DNA of 51,498 bases, taken from Chlamydiota bacterium (lineage in GTDB: Bacteria > Chlamydiota > Chlamydiia > Chlamydiales > RGXB01). Numbering within the stretch: position 1 is the stretch's first letter; each line of letters opens with the position of its first letter. The notes beneath the pieces were generated by a model. It worked only from the letters and a program-made list of their open reading frames with translations. It was not told the origin of the DNA and made no database searches. Location: the NCBI GenBank assembly GCA_947494155.1, contig CANLTW010000010.1:1-51498 (forward strand), read 5' to 3'. The position numbers and the translations under genes were made by a program. This document shows, piece after piece, positions 7,722 through 15,937 of this stretch.

Positions 7722-8649
7722 GTTCCCTCACCCACTCTATGGTTTTGTTCAAACCGTCGGATAAATCATATTTAGGTCTCCACATCAGCTCCCGCTTCAC
7801 CTTTTCTATTGAAAAGGCATACCTAGCATCGTGTCCGGGACGATCCTCGACATATTCTATCAAATTTTCCTCTGCGTCCATTTTTTCCAGTATCATCCGA
7901 ATAAGATCTATGTTTCTTATTTCAGATTCCCCCCCTATGCAGTATCTCTCTTGGTATTTTCCATGGTGGAGTATTTTTCGAATCGCCTCGACTGCATCCT
8001 TGACAAAGATCCAATCTCGGATCTGACTCCCGTTGCCATAGACGGGCACTTTCTTCTTTTGCAAGATGCGCCGTATGGTTAAAGGGATTAATTTCTCCGG
8101 ATGCTGCCAAGGACCATAATTGTTCGTAGAATTGATTATTGTGTAAGGTAAGCCATAGGTATTTCCGTATGCCTCAACAAAATGCTCAGCTGAAGCTTTA
8201 CTCGCCGAGTAAGGATTTCTTGGGGCTATTTTGGAGATTTCGCTAAATTTGCCTGGGATTGCAATCTCGCCAAAAACCTCATCTGAAGAAATATGAACAA
8301 ATTTTTCCACTTTCCGTTTTACCGCTTCATTCAAAAGATTCACTGTCGCTATAATATTAGATTGTATGAAAGGCCTAGAATCGTTAATGGACTTATCCAC
8401 GTGAGTTTCCGCTGCAAAGTGGACTATATGGGAAATTTCTTGATGGTTGAATAGATTTTCTACTGCTGCAAGATCGGCTAAATCTAATCGAAAGGTTTCA
8501 ATCTTACTGATACTTAATAGTTCTTTTGGATTGCTTGCATAGGTAAACTTGTCAGCAACAACGATATCCATTCTGTCAATGTCGAGTATATGCTTGATAA
8601 AATTTAGCCCGATAAAACCTGCACCACCGGTTACCAGAATTTTTTTCAT
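7705..8649 (-). CDS. rfbB: dTDP-glucose 4,6-dehydratase
   Basis: TGGAGFIG, HFAAETHVD, SSDEVFG, PYSASKA, NNYGP.Q.PEK, DRPGHD.RY. Confidence 0.92.
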   Translation of the reverse strand: MKKILVTGGAGFIGLNFIKHILDIDRMDIVVADKFTYASNPKELLSISKIETFRLDLADLAAVENLFNHQEISHIVHFAAETHVDKSINDSRPFIQSNIIATVNLLNEAVKRKVEKFVHISSDEVFGEIAIPGKFSEISKIAPRNPYSASKASAEHFVEAYGNTYGLPYTIINSTNNYGPWQHPEKLIPLTIRRILQKKKVPVYGNGSQIRDWIFVKDAVEAIRKILHHGKYQERYCIGGESEIRNIDLIRMILEKMDAEENLIEYVEDRPGHDARYAFSIEKVKRELMWRPKYDLSDGLNKTIEWVREHENRI

Positions 8650-9020
8650 TAACGAACCATAAGCATTTGTCCATTCTTATTTTTTTAAACTAGCCACCCA
8701 AATGACATAGCTATCCGAAAAATTTTTTCTCAGATAAAACCGAAAAAACCATTCTACTTACCAACCCTTTTCACTGCGTGTGCGGATAAAAAAAAGAAAA
8801 AAAGTGTACCTAGCGTTTGATTAGCAAAAATCGCCATATCCTAGCAACGGGAATTCTTCTTTAGCCAAGTATGCTTAGTAGCCTTGCGTTTCTGCCCTAG
8901 AAAAAAAGTTTTGAATGCAGCAGGGGGGGGGACGATACAAAGGGGCGTAACAGAATTTTTTAGCCCAACCATAATTTATCCCCCCCCTTATTTTACTGGT
9001 ATTGTGCTAAATCTGCATTT

Positions 9021-9275
9021 CTATCGCCTTAGAGCCAGGAGTGTAATCGCTATTGAAGCTACGATTAAGCCTTTAAGGACCCTATTTTGATTTTCTAATA
9101 TAGATAGAGAACCCTGACTTTGTTTCATTCTTGCCGATTGCTCTTGTGTATTAAGCTTCAGGCTTAAAACTTGGGCTTGAAGCTGTTGAATTGTTTCCTC
9201 TTGTTCTTTGATTTTCTCCCTTATGGAAAAAAAGGCGCTTTTACACTCTGATGACCCTATGGTGTTAATGGGCAT
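9021..9275 (-). CDS. small coiled-coil protein with C-terminal membrane anchor
   Basis: Heptad-rich middle, hydrophobic tail GLIVASIAITLLALRR, G-rich RBS upstream. Confidence 0.6.
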   Translation of the reverse strand: MPINTIGSSECKSAFFSIREKIKEQEETIQQLQAQVLSLKLNTQEQSARMKQSQGSLSILENQNRVLKGLIVASIAITLLALRR

Positions 9276-9405
9276 ATACCCCCCTTTTTATCGGTAATGT
9301 ATCGGTTCTGTTTGACCTATTATAGTAAAAATTTACATAAAATTCAACCAACATTACACCCAAAAAAAACCTAACCTATTCCCAATCAGCCGGATAAAAA
9401 ATACG

Positions 9406-9432
9406 AAGAACCTGGAATTTTTCCAGGTTCTT
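9406..9432. terminator. inverted repeat, terminator-like hairpin
   Basis: aagaacctggaa-ttt-ttccaggttctt, perfect 12-bp stem. Confidence 0.5.
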
Positions 9433-9776
9433 GAGTTGTCCTCCCCCTTTAGCTAAAAAAAGTTTGATAGTGTACTTTGAGATCTATGGGTGCTTAAAAA
9501 AGCTTTTTTGGTACAAACGCATCTTGAACAAGATCACCAAATCATTCTCTGTCTGTTAGTTAAAAAAAGCACACCTTAAAAAAGGGGCTTCCCTTTGGCC
9601 TAAGGAACTAGTAGAGATCTATGCTTTTCTCTGCATTTCTTGAGGGACAAAGCCATAAATCACCAAAGTCCTCGATTTTAGATGAATAGAACAAAATATC
9701 CACCAAAAGTACTTTTTCATTGAAAATTTTTGTAAAATTAATTAGTAAAAAGATATAGAAACCAAAGGAGATTAAA

Positions 9777-9914
9777 ATGCAAAAACAACCAAAAAAAAAT
9801 ACTCAGTCGGTAAAAAAGAAAAAAAAACAAGGCGGGGTGTGTCCAGACTGGGGAAGTATAAGTGATGTAGGAAGAGATGCTGGTAAAATAGGTAGTGCTA
9901 TTTTTAATTGTTGA
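9777..9914 (+). CDS. 45-aa peptide: Lys-rich leader ending GG plus Cys-bracketed core (not in ORF track)
   Basis: Manual translation MQKQPKKNTQSVKKKKKQGG-VCPDWGSISDVGRDAGKIGSAIFNC*; AAAGGAG RBS 6 nt upstream; paralog at 10055. Confidence 0.7.
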   Translation: MQKQPKKNTQSVKKKKKQGGVCPDWGSISDVGRDAGKIGSAIFNC

Positions 9915-10054
9915 GGCAACTCTAAGTCTTTTGCATCAGCAAAAGCTTGTAGAAAAAAAAGCCCTCTGGAGCCAATAGTTGATTCTTTAAAAGAATATAA
10001 CAAAATATCCGCAAAAGCAGTTTTTAATTAAAATTAGAACGCAAAGGAAAGTAA

Positions 10055-10204
10055 ATGAAAAAACAATCAAAAAAAAATACTCAGTCGGTAAAAAAGAAAA
10101 AGAATAAAAAAGGCGGGGGGGGATGTGGGGCTATCCTGTCCTTACCTGGCGATCCCATAGGTGGGGTGATAAGTATTACTCAAGGTAATATGAATAATTG
10201 TTGA
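10055..10204 (+). CDS. 49-aa peptide, paralog of 9777-9914 with conserved leader and divergent core (not in ORF track)
   Basis: Manual translation MKKQSKKNTQSVKKKKNKKGG-GGCGAILSLPGDPIGGVISITQGNMNNC*; AAAGGA upstream. Confidence 0.7.
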   Translation: MKKQSKKNTQSVKKKKNKKGGGGCGAILSLPGDPIGGVISITQGNMNNC

Positions 10205-10230
10205 GATGAGTATAGACTAATAAAGTATCT

Positions 10231-10276
10231 TTAGAGCCAGGATTGTAATCGCTATTGCAGCTACAAGTAAGCCTTT
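10231..10276 (-). repeat. 46-bp imperfect direct repeat of 9029-9074 (remnant of the tail-anchor coding sequence)
   Basis: ttagagccaggattgtaatcgctattgcagctacaagtaagccttt versus 9029-9074: 4 mismatches. Confidence 0.85.
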
Positions 10277-10343
10277 TTTCCCAAAATAGCTGATGGAGCT
10301 GCTTTATCGTGCGTGTATGTGAAATGGTATTAACACCAAGGAA

Positions 10344-11429
10344 TCACCTAGGGTATTTCGTGGATTTCCCAAATCCCGTGAGCCATAAAGTTGTGACTGC
10401 ATAACCAATAGCGAAAGCCAAAAGGGTGTGTGATGCCAAACTGACGTACCCATCTTTATCAAAAGAGCTATAGGATCGGGGCTTATCAATTCTAATTTCT
10501 CTAAAAACCCTCTCTGATTGGTCTAATTTTTCTTTAGCTTTAGCGATAAGAAGTTGGCCCTCAGCAACTTTTTCTGAACGTTGCAAATCCAAACCTTTTT
10601 TAGTCATATGATCGCAAATATCGCGAACCTTCGATAATCTTAAGCTTGAATCATGAATCAGACCAGCAATCTCAAAAGCTGGGTCATAATCGACCGGGTG
10701 AATAAAAAGGGTGCGTTCTAGAAAAAAAGTATCGAGGATTTCTACGAGGTTTCTGTCGATTACCTTTGGATCAGAGATGAGTTTGGTAACCTCTACGGCC
10801 CTTTTTAAGTACTTGAATTCCCTAAAAGCTTTCGAAATTTCCTCGATTTGAGAATCAAGCGTGGCCTCCTGTTCGAGGCTCTGCTCCTCACTTAAAAAAA
10901 GGCGTTGCGAACTCCCTTTTAGTGACTGGATGATGTCCAATCTCCTTTCAAGTGCAGCTAGTTGGAAAACATCTTCAGAAAAACGGGGAGGTTGCACCAC
11001 TGCTTTAAGCTGGTCTATCAGGAATTCATAGCGTAATTTTACAATAGATACACAATCAGATTTAGCTTCTAAAATACATTTCTTAAAAAATTCGGGATCA
11101 CTACAACGAAGCGAATTTACTTTGTGTAAAATCAACGAAAGCTTTTGTGTTTCTTCAAAGGCACCCTGTATATCAAACTGAGTCATCAGATTTGAGATGA
11201 AATTTGCCATTTCCAGCTTCAGCTCTTCTGCGGTAATTCGCTGAAATTCTCGGCTGACTTTCGATACTTTCACAAGGTCTTTAACCCCTAAAAGGGAAAA
11301 AATTTTGGCCTGAAGGTCCTCAGGCAAGCTACTTAAAGAGGGTGTAGCACATAAAAAAGAACTCTCCAAGACTCTTGATCCCTCTTTATTAACTGCTAAA
11401 TCTGAAAAGTTTGGCATGTATCGCCTCAA
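10344..11429 (-). CDS. F-box domain protein with C-terminal transmembrane segment
   Basis: LSSLPEDLQAKIFSLLGVKDLVKVSKVSREFQRI matches the F-box consensus; hydrophobic LLAFAIGYAVTTLWLTG near the C-terminus. Confidence 0.85.
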   Translation of the reverse strand: MRRYMPNFSDLAVNKEGSRVLESSFLCATPSLSSLPEDLQAKIFSLLGVKDLVKVSKVSREFQRITAEELKLEMANFISNLMTQFDIQGAFEETQKLSLILHKVNSLRCSDPEFFKKCILEAKSDCVSIVKLRYEFLIDQLKAVVQPPRFSEDVFQLAALERRLDIIQSLKGSSQRLFLSEEQSLEQEATLDSQIEEISKAFREFKYLKRAVEVTKLISDPKVIDRNLVEILDTFFLERTLFIHPVDYDPAFEIAGLIHDSSLRLSKVRDICDHMTKKGLDLQRSEKVAEGQLLIAKAKEKLDQSERVFREIRIDKPRSYSSFDKDGYVSLASHTLLAFAIGYAVTTLWLTGFGKSTKYPR

Positions 11430-11710
11430 AAAATAATATCCCTATTATTATAGCATAAGGGGGGAAAAACATTAAATAAATTTATTAATGACGCCAAGCC
11501 CCCCCCCTTTTTTTGGTAGTAGAGCCGTTTGCTTGACTATTATGGGGTTATGGGTGGGTATCCCCATTTTAGGGGGGAGTCCTGGGGCGAATTTCTTTTT
11601 AGGGCCCCCTACCGAATCTTGAAAAAAGCTGCTGGCAAAGATGCAATAAAAATTAGAACCTGTTATGAAAATATTTAAGACCTAAATATCACCAAAAAAA
11701 GAGTTTATAA

Positions 11711-12262
11711 ATGGATGCAGGACTAAACACGCAAGTAGAAAGTTTAAATGAAATTTCTAAACGTCTTAGCAAAATGGGCTATACTTTGGATTCATATGAT
11801 CTTAAAGATAAAGAGGCTCTTTACGAAATATTCCAAGAAGTCGTTGATTCAGGTCAGTTTCCCTATGAATCGAGTTCAAGAGACGAATTTGAACGACAAT
11901 TTGTTTCACGAAAAGAGCACCTCTATGTTTGCCATTCTTTAGACGGAGATGTTATTGGCGGTTTTTATATCAAACCAAATTTTTTAGGTATGTCGACCCA
12001 AATTGCCAATGCCGGTTTTATGGTTCGGGATACACATCGGGGCCGTGGATTAGGATCTCTTTTGGTAAAAGCCTCTTTACATCTTGCTAAAGACCTCGGA
12101 TTTAGGGCCATGCAATTCAATATGGTGACGAATACTCTTAATGTAAAACTGTATGAAAAAATTGGATTTAAAGTACTTGGTATTGTACCTCAAGCAGTAC
12201 CTGATCGATCAGGAAATTATCAAGATGGTTTTATCGTGCATCGCTTTTTAACAAATCTATAG
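11711..12262 (+). CDS. GNAT family N-acetyltransferase
   Basis: IANAGFMV..THRGRGLG, GFRAMQFN, KLYEKIGF. Confidence 0.9.
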   Translation: MDAGLNTQVESLNEISKRLSKMGYTLDSYDLKDKEALYEIFQEVVDSGQFPYESSSRDEFERQFVSRKEHLYVCHSLDGDVIGGFYIKPNFLGMSTQIANAGFMVRDTHRGRGLGSLLVKASLHLAKDLGFRAMQFNMVTNTLNVKLYEKIGFKVLGIVPQAVPDRSGNYQDGFIVHRFLTNL

Positions 12263-12342
12263 AGGTTTATGTTTGTCAGATTAACGACAGCTCCTAATGT
12301 TAAGGTCAAATATCTCTACCTCTCTTTTTTTTTCAACCACTC

Positions 12343-12368
12343 AAAAAGGGGTGATTCTACCCCTTTTT
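12343..12368. terminator. bidirectional rho-independent terminator between convergent genes
   Basis: aaaaaggggt-gattct-accccttttt. Confidence 0.6.
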
Positions 12369-12551
12369 GTGCAGGTGTTTTTTAAAGTTCAAAAAATCCA
12401 TTTGGTGTGAAATTATTTCTAAATATTTGAAAGGATCACCTAGAAGGATTAGGATAAAGATGAAACCTGAAAACCTTTTAAATAATTTACCACACCGATT
12501 TTCTCGCGGTTAAAAAGGTCGCCTTAAAATCTCACCTACTAAGTCTACTTC

Positions 12552-12872
12552 TCAGATAAACCCATTTAGAAGCGAATATATAAATTGCCAATTTTTGCCC
12601 TCAAACGCATCAATATCCTTAGGTCTTATAAGTTTCTTATTTTGGGCGAGAAATTCTGAAACTTTATCATAAGTATCCTGGTGGTAGATCACGATATTTT
12701 TTATTTTATATTTGATTCCACAGGTAAATTTTAATGAATTACTGCTAAGAAGACCCTTAAAAACAATCCACACCCGTTCAAGGCGTGTTAATGGTTGTAG
12801 GATTTTACTTTGAAAAGATGAATTGGATAGCCCATTTACTGGTGCCCGGTTATTTGTGATAGCCCCTAGCAT
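12552..12872 (-). CDS. hypothetical protein
   Basis: 106-aa ORF with G-rich RBS; no recognisable motif. Confidence 0.55.
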   Translation of the reverse strand: MLGAITNNRAPVNGLSNSSFQSKILQPLTRLERVWIVFKGLLSSNSLKFTCGIKYKIKNIVIYHQDTYDKVSEFLAQNKKLIRPKDIDAFEGKNWQFIYSLLNGFI

Positions 12873-13445
12873 TTTACCCCCCTCAGGTTATAGTATAATT
12901 ATAACATATTATTTATTTTTTTTCTATATGATCTTTACTCGTTAAAAATAAATAGGTTACCGATGATCGAGGTTGTTTAACTACCCCAATCATCCAAACA
13001 CTATGAACACATCGAAACAAGAAAACCGAGACTAAACGGCTGTTCTTGCCGTTTGACCTAGGAGATCTTTAGTACTTCATTAGTATTCAGGGGATTGAAA
13101 AATGCTCACCATAATTGAAATGGAGTGATTAATAAAATCATCAATCGATTCTTGATGATCGGCATCGCTTAATTAAAGCAATAAAGATCTATTAAATAAT
13201 GTGTAAACTTTTCGCAAAATATTTGCCAATAATCTCAAAGGGCATATACACTCCGAAAGCTATCTTGCTTAAAAAAATGGAAGCTAACTTTAGGCTTGAG
13301 AATAGTGTTAAAAAGGATGTTTTTGGATTCTTTTTGTGTTGCGATTACAATGTCTCTAATATCCATTACCCCTGTCATGAAACACACTTTTTAGAATTCC
13401 CCTGTTAGCTCTTAAATATCGTCACAGTTTAATCAAAAGGCCTAT

Positions 13446-14390
13446 ATGCATTTTTCCTTTACTGCCCCATCCAACCTCTATCCCTCTTTAGCCCTTACAA
13501 CTTCGACGTCTAAAACTAAAGGGGTGCCAAACCTTGCTCAGCGGGTCCAAAGCACTGCACAAAATGTACATTTTTCCCATCAGTCACAAATAGCACAACC
13601 GAAACCGCTTACCCTCCCCTTTTCTCAAGGGCAAAATTCGGGACACAATTATTGCATGCATGCCCAGGATCACTCCCCTTTTGGAACAACAACTGAGGGG
13701 GGAAGGCAATACTTCACTCCCCCATCGGAGCCGGGTACCCCCGTTGGAATAGCAAGACGATCCAGAAGCGTAAGTGGGGAATCAAATTTTTGGGTTCCTA
13801 CGGATACATCAGAGGCGAGCTCTAAAGCGGCGTTTTCAGGAGCTATGCTTATAGCGCAAAATAGGGCGCAACAATTTAGCGCCGCAAACCGACCCGGTAT
13901 GCTGTCTGTAGCCCAAGACCCTAGCGGTAATGCTGTAGGGGGATTATCGGTTAAAAGGAGGGATCAGGATCGTTGGCAATCGGCAAGAAACCCTCATCAA
14001 ACTGCAGTTCTCGATCTTGTCTCGCCAAGCTCCCGAGGCAAGGGGCATGGAAATTGTGCAGAGCAAGTGGTTACACACAAGGCGACCCATTTGGAAGAAC
14101 AAAATCGATTTCAAGTTGCACAATCCAGTATTACGGCCATAGGGACCGGCAGAAGGGAAGGGATACTTACTCCGGCTTGTGGTAGCTGTCAATTCACGAA
14201 TCAGTTTTTTGGATTGCATGATACGGTCGGTCAAGCTCCACAGACAGGAAGCGGCTTTTTTAGCCCTTCTAGTTTACGCCCTAGATCCGCCTCTTCATCG
14301 AGCCTAGGGTGGGAGACTCCCCGCTCCTCTAGTTCCTCAACAAGTAGTTTTTCATCCATCGCGTCCAGAAATAGTTTATTCAGAAAATAA
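13446..14390 (+). CDS. YwqJ-like zinc-dependent deaminase domain protein with low-complexity Ser/Thr-rich termini
   Basis: GHGNCAE (14043-14063) and PACGSC (14172-14189) fit the CxE...(P)CxxC deaminase signature. Confidence 0.7.
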   Translation: MHFSFTAPSNLYPSLALTTSTSKTKGVPNLAQRVQSTAQNVHFSHQSQIAQPKPLTLPFSQGQNSGHNYCMHAQDHSPFGTTTEGGRQYFTPPSEPGTPVGIARRSRSVSGESNFWVPTDTSEASSKAAFSGAMLIAQNRAQQFSAANRPGMLSVAQDPSGNAVGGLSVKRRDQDRWQSARNPHQTAVLDLVSPSSRGKGHGNCAEQVVTHKATHLEEQNRFQVAQSSITAIGTGRREGILTPACGSCQFTNQFFGLHDTVGQAPQTGSGFFSPSSLRPRSASSSSLGWETPRSSSSSTSSFSSIASRNSLFRK

Positions 14391-14398
14391 GGAAAATC

Positions 14399-15778
14399 AT
14401 GAGACCCACCAGAATACCCCTAGGAAATTCCATCCCCGAGCCTGTATCCGATTCACCTGGTAATGCTTCAACTGCAAGAGCCCCTTTATTACGTTCAGGG
14501 GGTTTTCGAGATGAGGTTGCACCCAATTCACTAGCTTTGTCCTGCATTTCAGCCGGCTCTTCTGCACCAATCCAAAGTAGCCTAACCCTCCGTTCTAGGG
14601 TTGGTGCACTTTCTGGTAATTTCAGCCAAAAAAACTCCGGTGACGATTCGCTGGAATCTTTGGGGCAACTCACCGTAGAAAAAATGCGATCGCAATCGAC
14701 AACACTCACAGCTCAAATTCAGCCTCGCGATCTGACGCAAATCAGCAGACAACAGCTCCAATTAGCTACCTCTTCCGGAGGGAGTCTATCGATGGTACGC
14801 CATGCCCAAATTAGTGCGAAAATGGATCAAGAGGTCGATTTGGCTCTTGAGCAGTTAAAAAGTAAAAATAAACGGATTCAGGATCTGATTGATCAGCATG
14901 TTTCTCAGCTCACCCTAACCAGAGTTAAACTAAGCCAGCGATTCGATCGACTTATAGATGCTTTGCCGATTGAAGAGGGGTCTGAAGAGGGTCCTGAGAA
15001 GTTTATGCCGTTGATTCAAGTAGCGTACAACATCCTCGATTATCACGATAAAAATTTTAAATCGGCGGTTGCCTCGCTCAACGCAGTCAACATCTCCGAG
15101 GAGGCAAAAGGGGCCATTGACCTCATCATCAACGCAAGGGAAAAAGACATCCAGATATTCTCTATGGCTCTCGACATTATTCGTAACCATGAAGTGCAAC
15201 ACTTTCAAATGGAGATCCAAGCTTACGAAGTTAAGATGAGAGAACAGGAGAGCTTATTTGCACGTTATTTGAAATGCCGAGAGGTTCAACAAGAGGAGGT
15301 CAGATTCGCTAGGGAATGTGCCTTTAAAGACCGGGTGCAAGACCATCAAGAGAGTGTCGACAAGCGAAAATTAGAGATTGAACAGCAGATTGTTGTTTTT
15401 GCGCATGAGGCCAACAAGCAAAGAGAGAAAAATCAGCTAGCTATAGAATCTTTACGGATCCAAACCGAAGGGTCTATCCAACAAAAGGGGATGGAGATCC
15501 AAAAAGGTCTGCAAATGAAAGCTCTTGACGTAGAAGAAAGACTAGGTAAGCAGCAGATCAGAGCCCAGATGGCAATGGCTAGCCAAGCGATCCAAGCTGA
15601 AGAGAGAAATCGCCAAGCTCAAATCGAAGCCCAAATGGCTGAGTTGCATGTTCACGGGCAAATTGAACACCGCAGGATTAGCGTGGATGGTCACGTAAAA
15701 ACTATCCAAGCTAAAGCACAGGCAGAAGTGGGTGTGGCTCAAGCAATCGCCTCTGCTTCCCCTTGCTCAATTATGTGA
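14399..15778 (+). CDS. coiled-coil effector-like protein ending in CaaX (CSIM)
   Basis: Ser/Pro-rich N-terminus, long Gln/Glu-rich coiled coil, terminal CSIM*. Confidence 0.8.
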   Translation: MRPTRIPLGNSIPEPVSDSPGNASTARAPLLRSGGFRDEVAPNSLALSCISAGSSAPIQSSLTLRSRVGALSGNFSQKNSGDDSLESLGQLTVEKMRSQSTTLTAQIQPRDLTQISRQQLQLATSSGGSLSMVRHAQISAKMDQEVDLALEQLKSKNKRIQDLIDQHVSQLTLTRVKLSQRFDRLIDALPIEEGSEEGPEKFMPLIQVAYNILDYHDKNFKSAVASLNAVNISEEAKGAIDLIINAREKDIQIFSMALDIIRNHEVQHFQMEIQAYEVKMREQESLFARYLKCREVQQEEVRFARECAFKDRVQDHQESVDKRKLEIEQQIVVFAHEANKQREKNQLAIESLRIQTEGSIQQKGMEIQKGLQMKALDVEERLGKQQIRAQMAMASQAIQAEERNRQAQIEAQMAELHVHGQIEHRRISVDGHVKTIQAKAQAEVGVAQAIASASPCSIM

Positions 15779-15937
15779 AATGCTTTAGCGACGCCCCCTC
15801 TAATCAAGGCGTTACGCCTCGTTCTTGGGCGAGGAAAGAAAAAATGGTCTTCACACGAAACAATCATTAAAATGTGTGGGTCAGTTTTAGGGGGGGGTGA
15901 ATTTTTGAACAATGCTTTTAGAAACTTTGAGTAAAAT

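Noticed and set aside
9803..10003. 66-aa minus-strand ORF from the track
   Set aside because: Antisense shadow of the plus-strand peptide gene; its poly-Phe tail derives from the Lys codons.
9770..10110. CRISPR-like repeat-spacer unit
   Set aside because: Only two copies ~280 nt apart, both in frame behind an RBS; better explained as paralogous peptide leaders. No cas genes are present.
12960..13410. Decayed ORF fragments on both strands
   Set aside because: Short, stop-interrupted and without a recognisable motif; cannot support a call.
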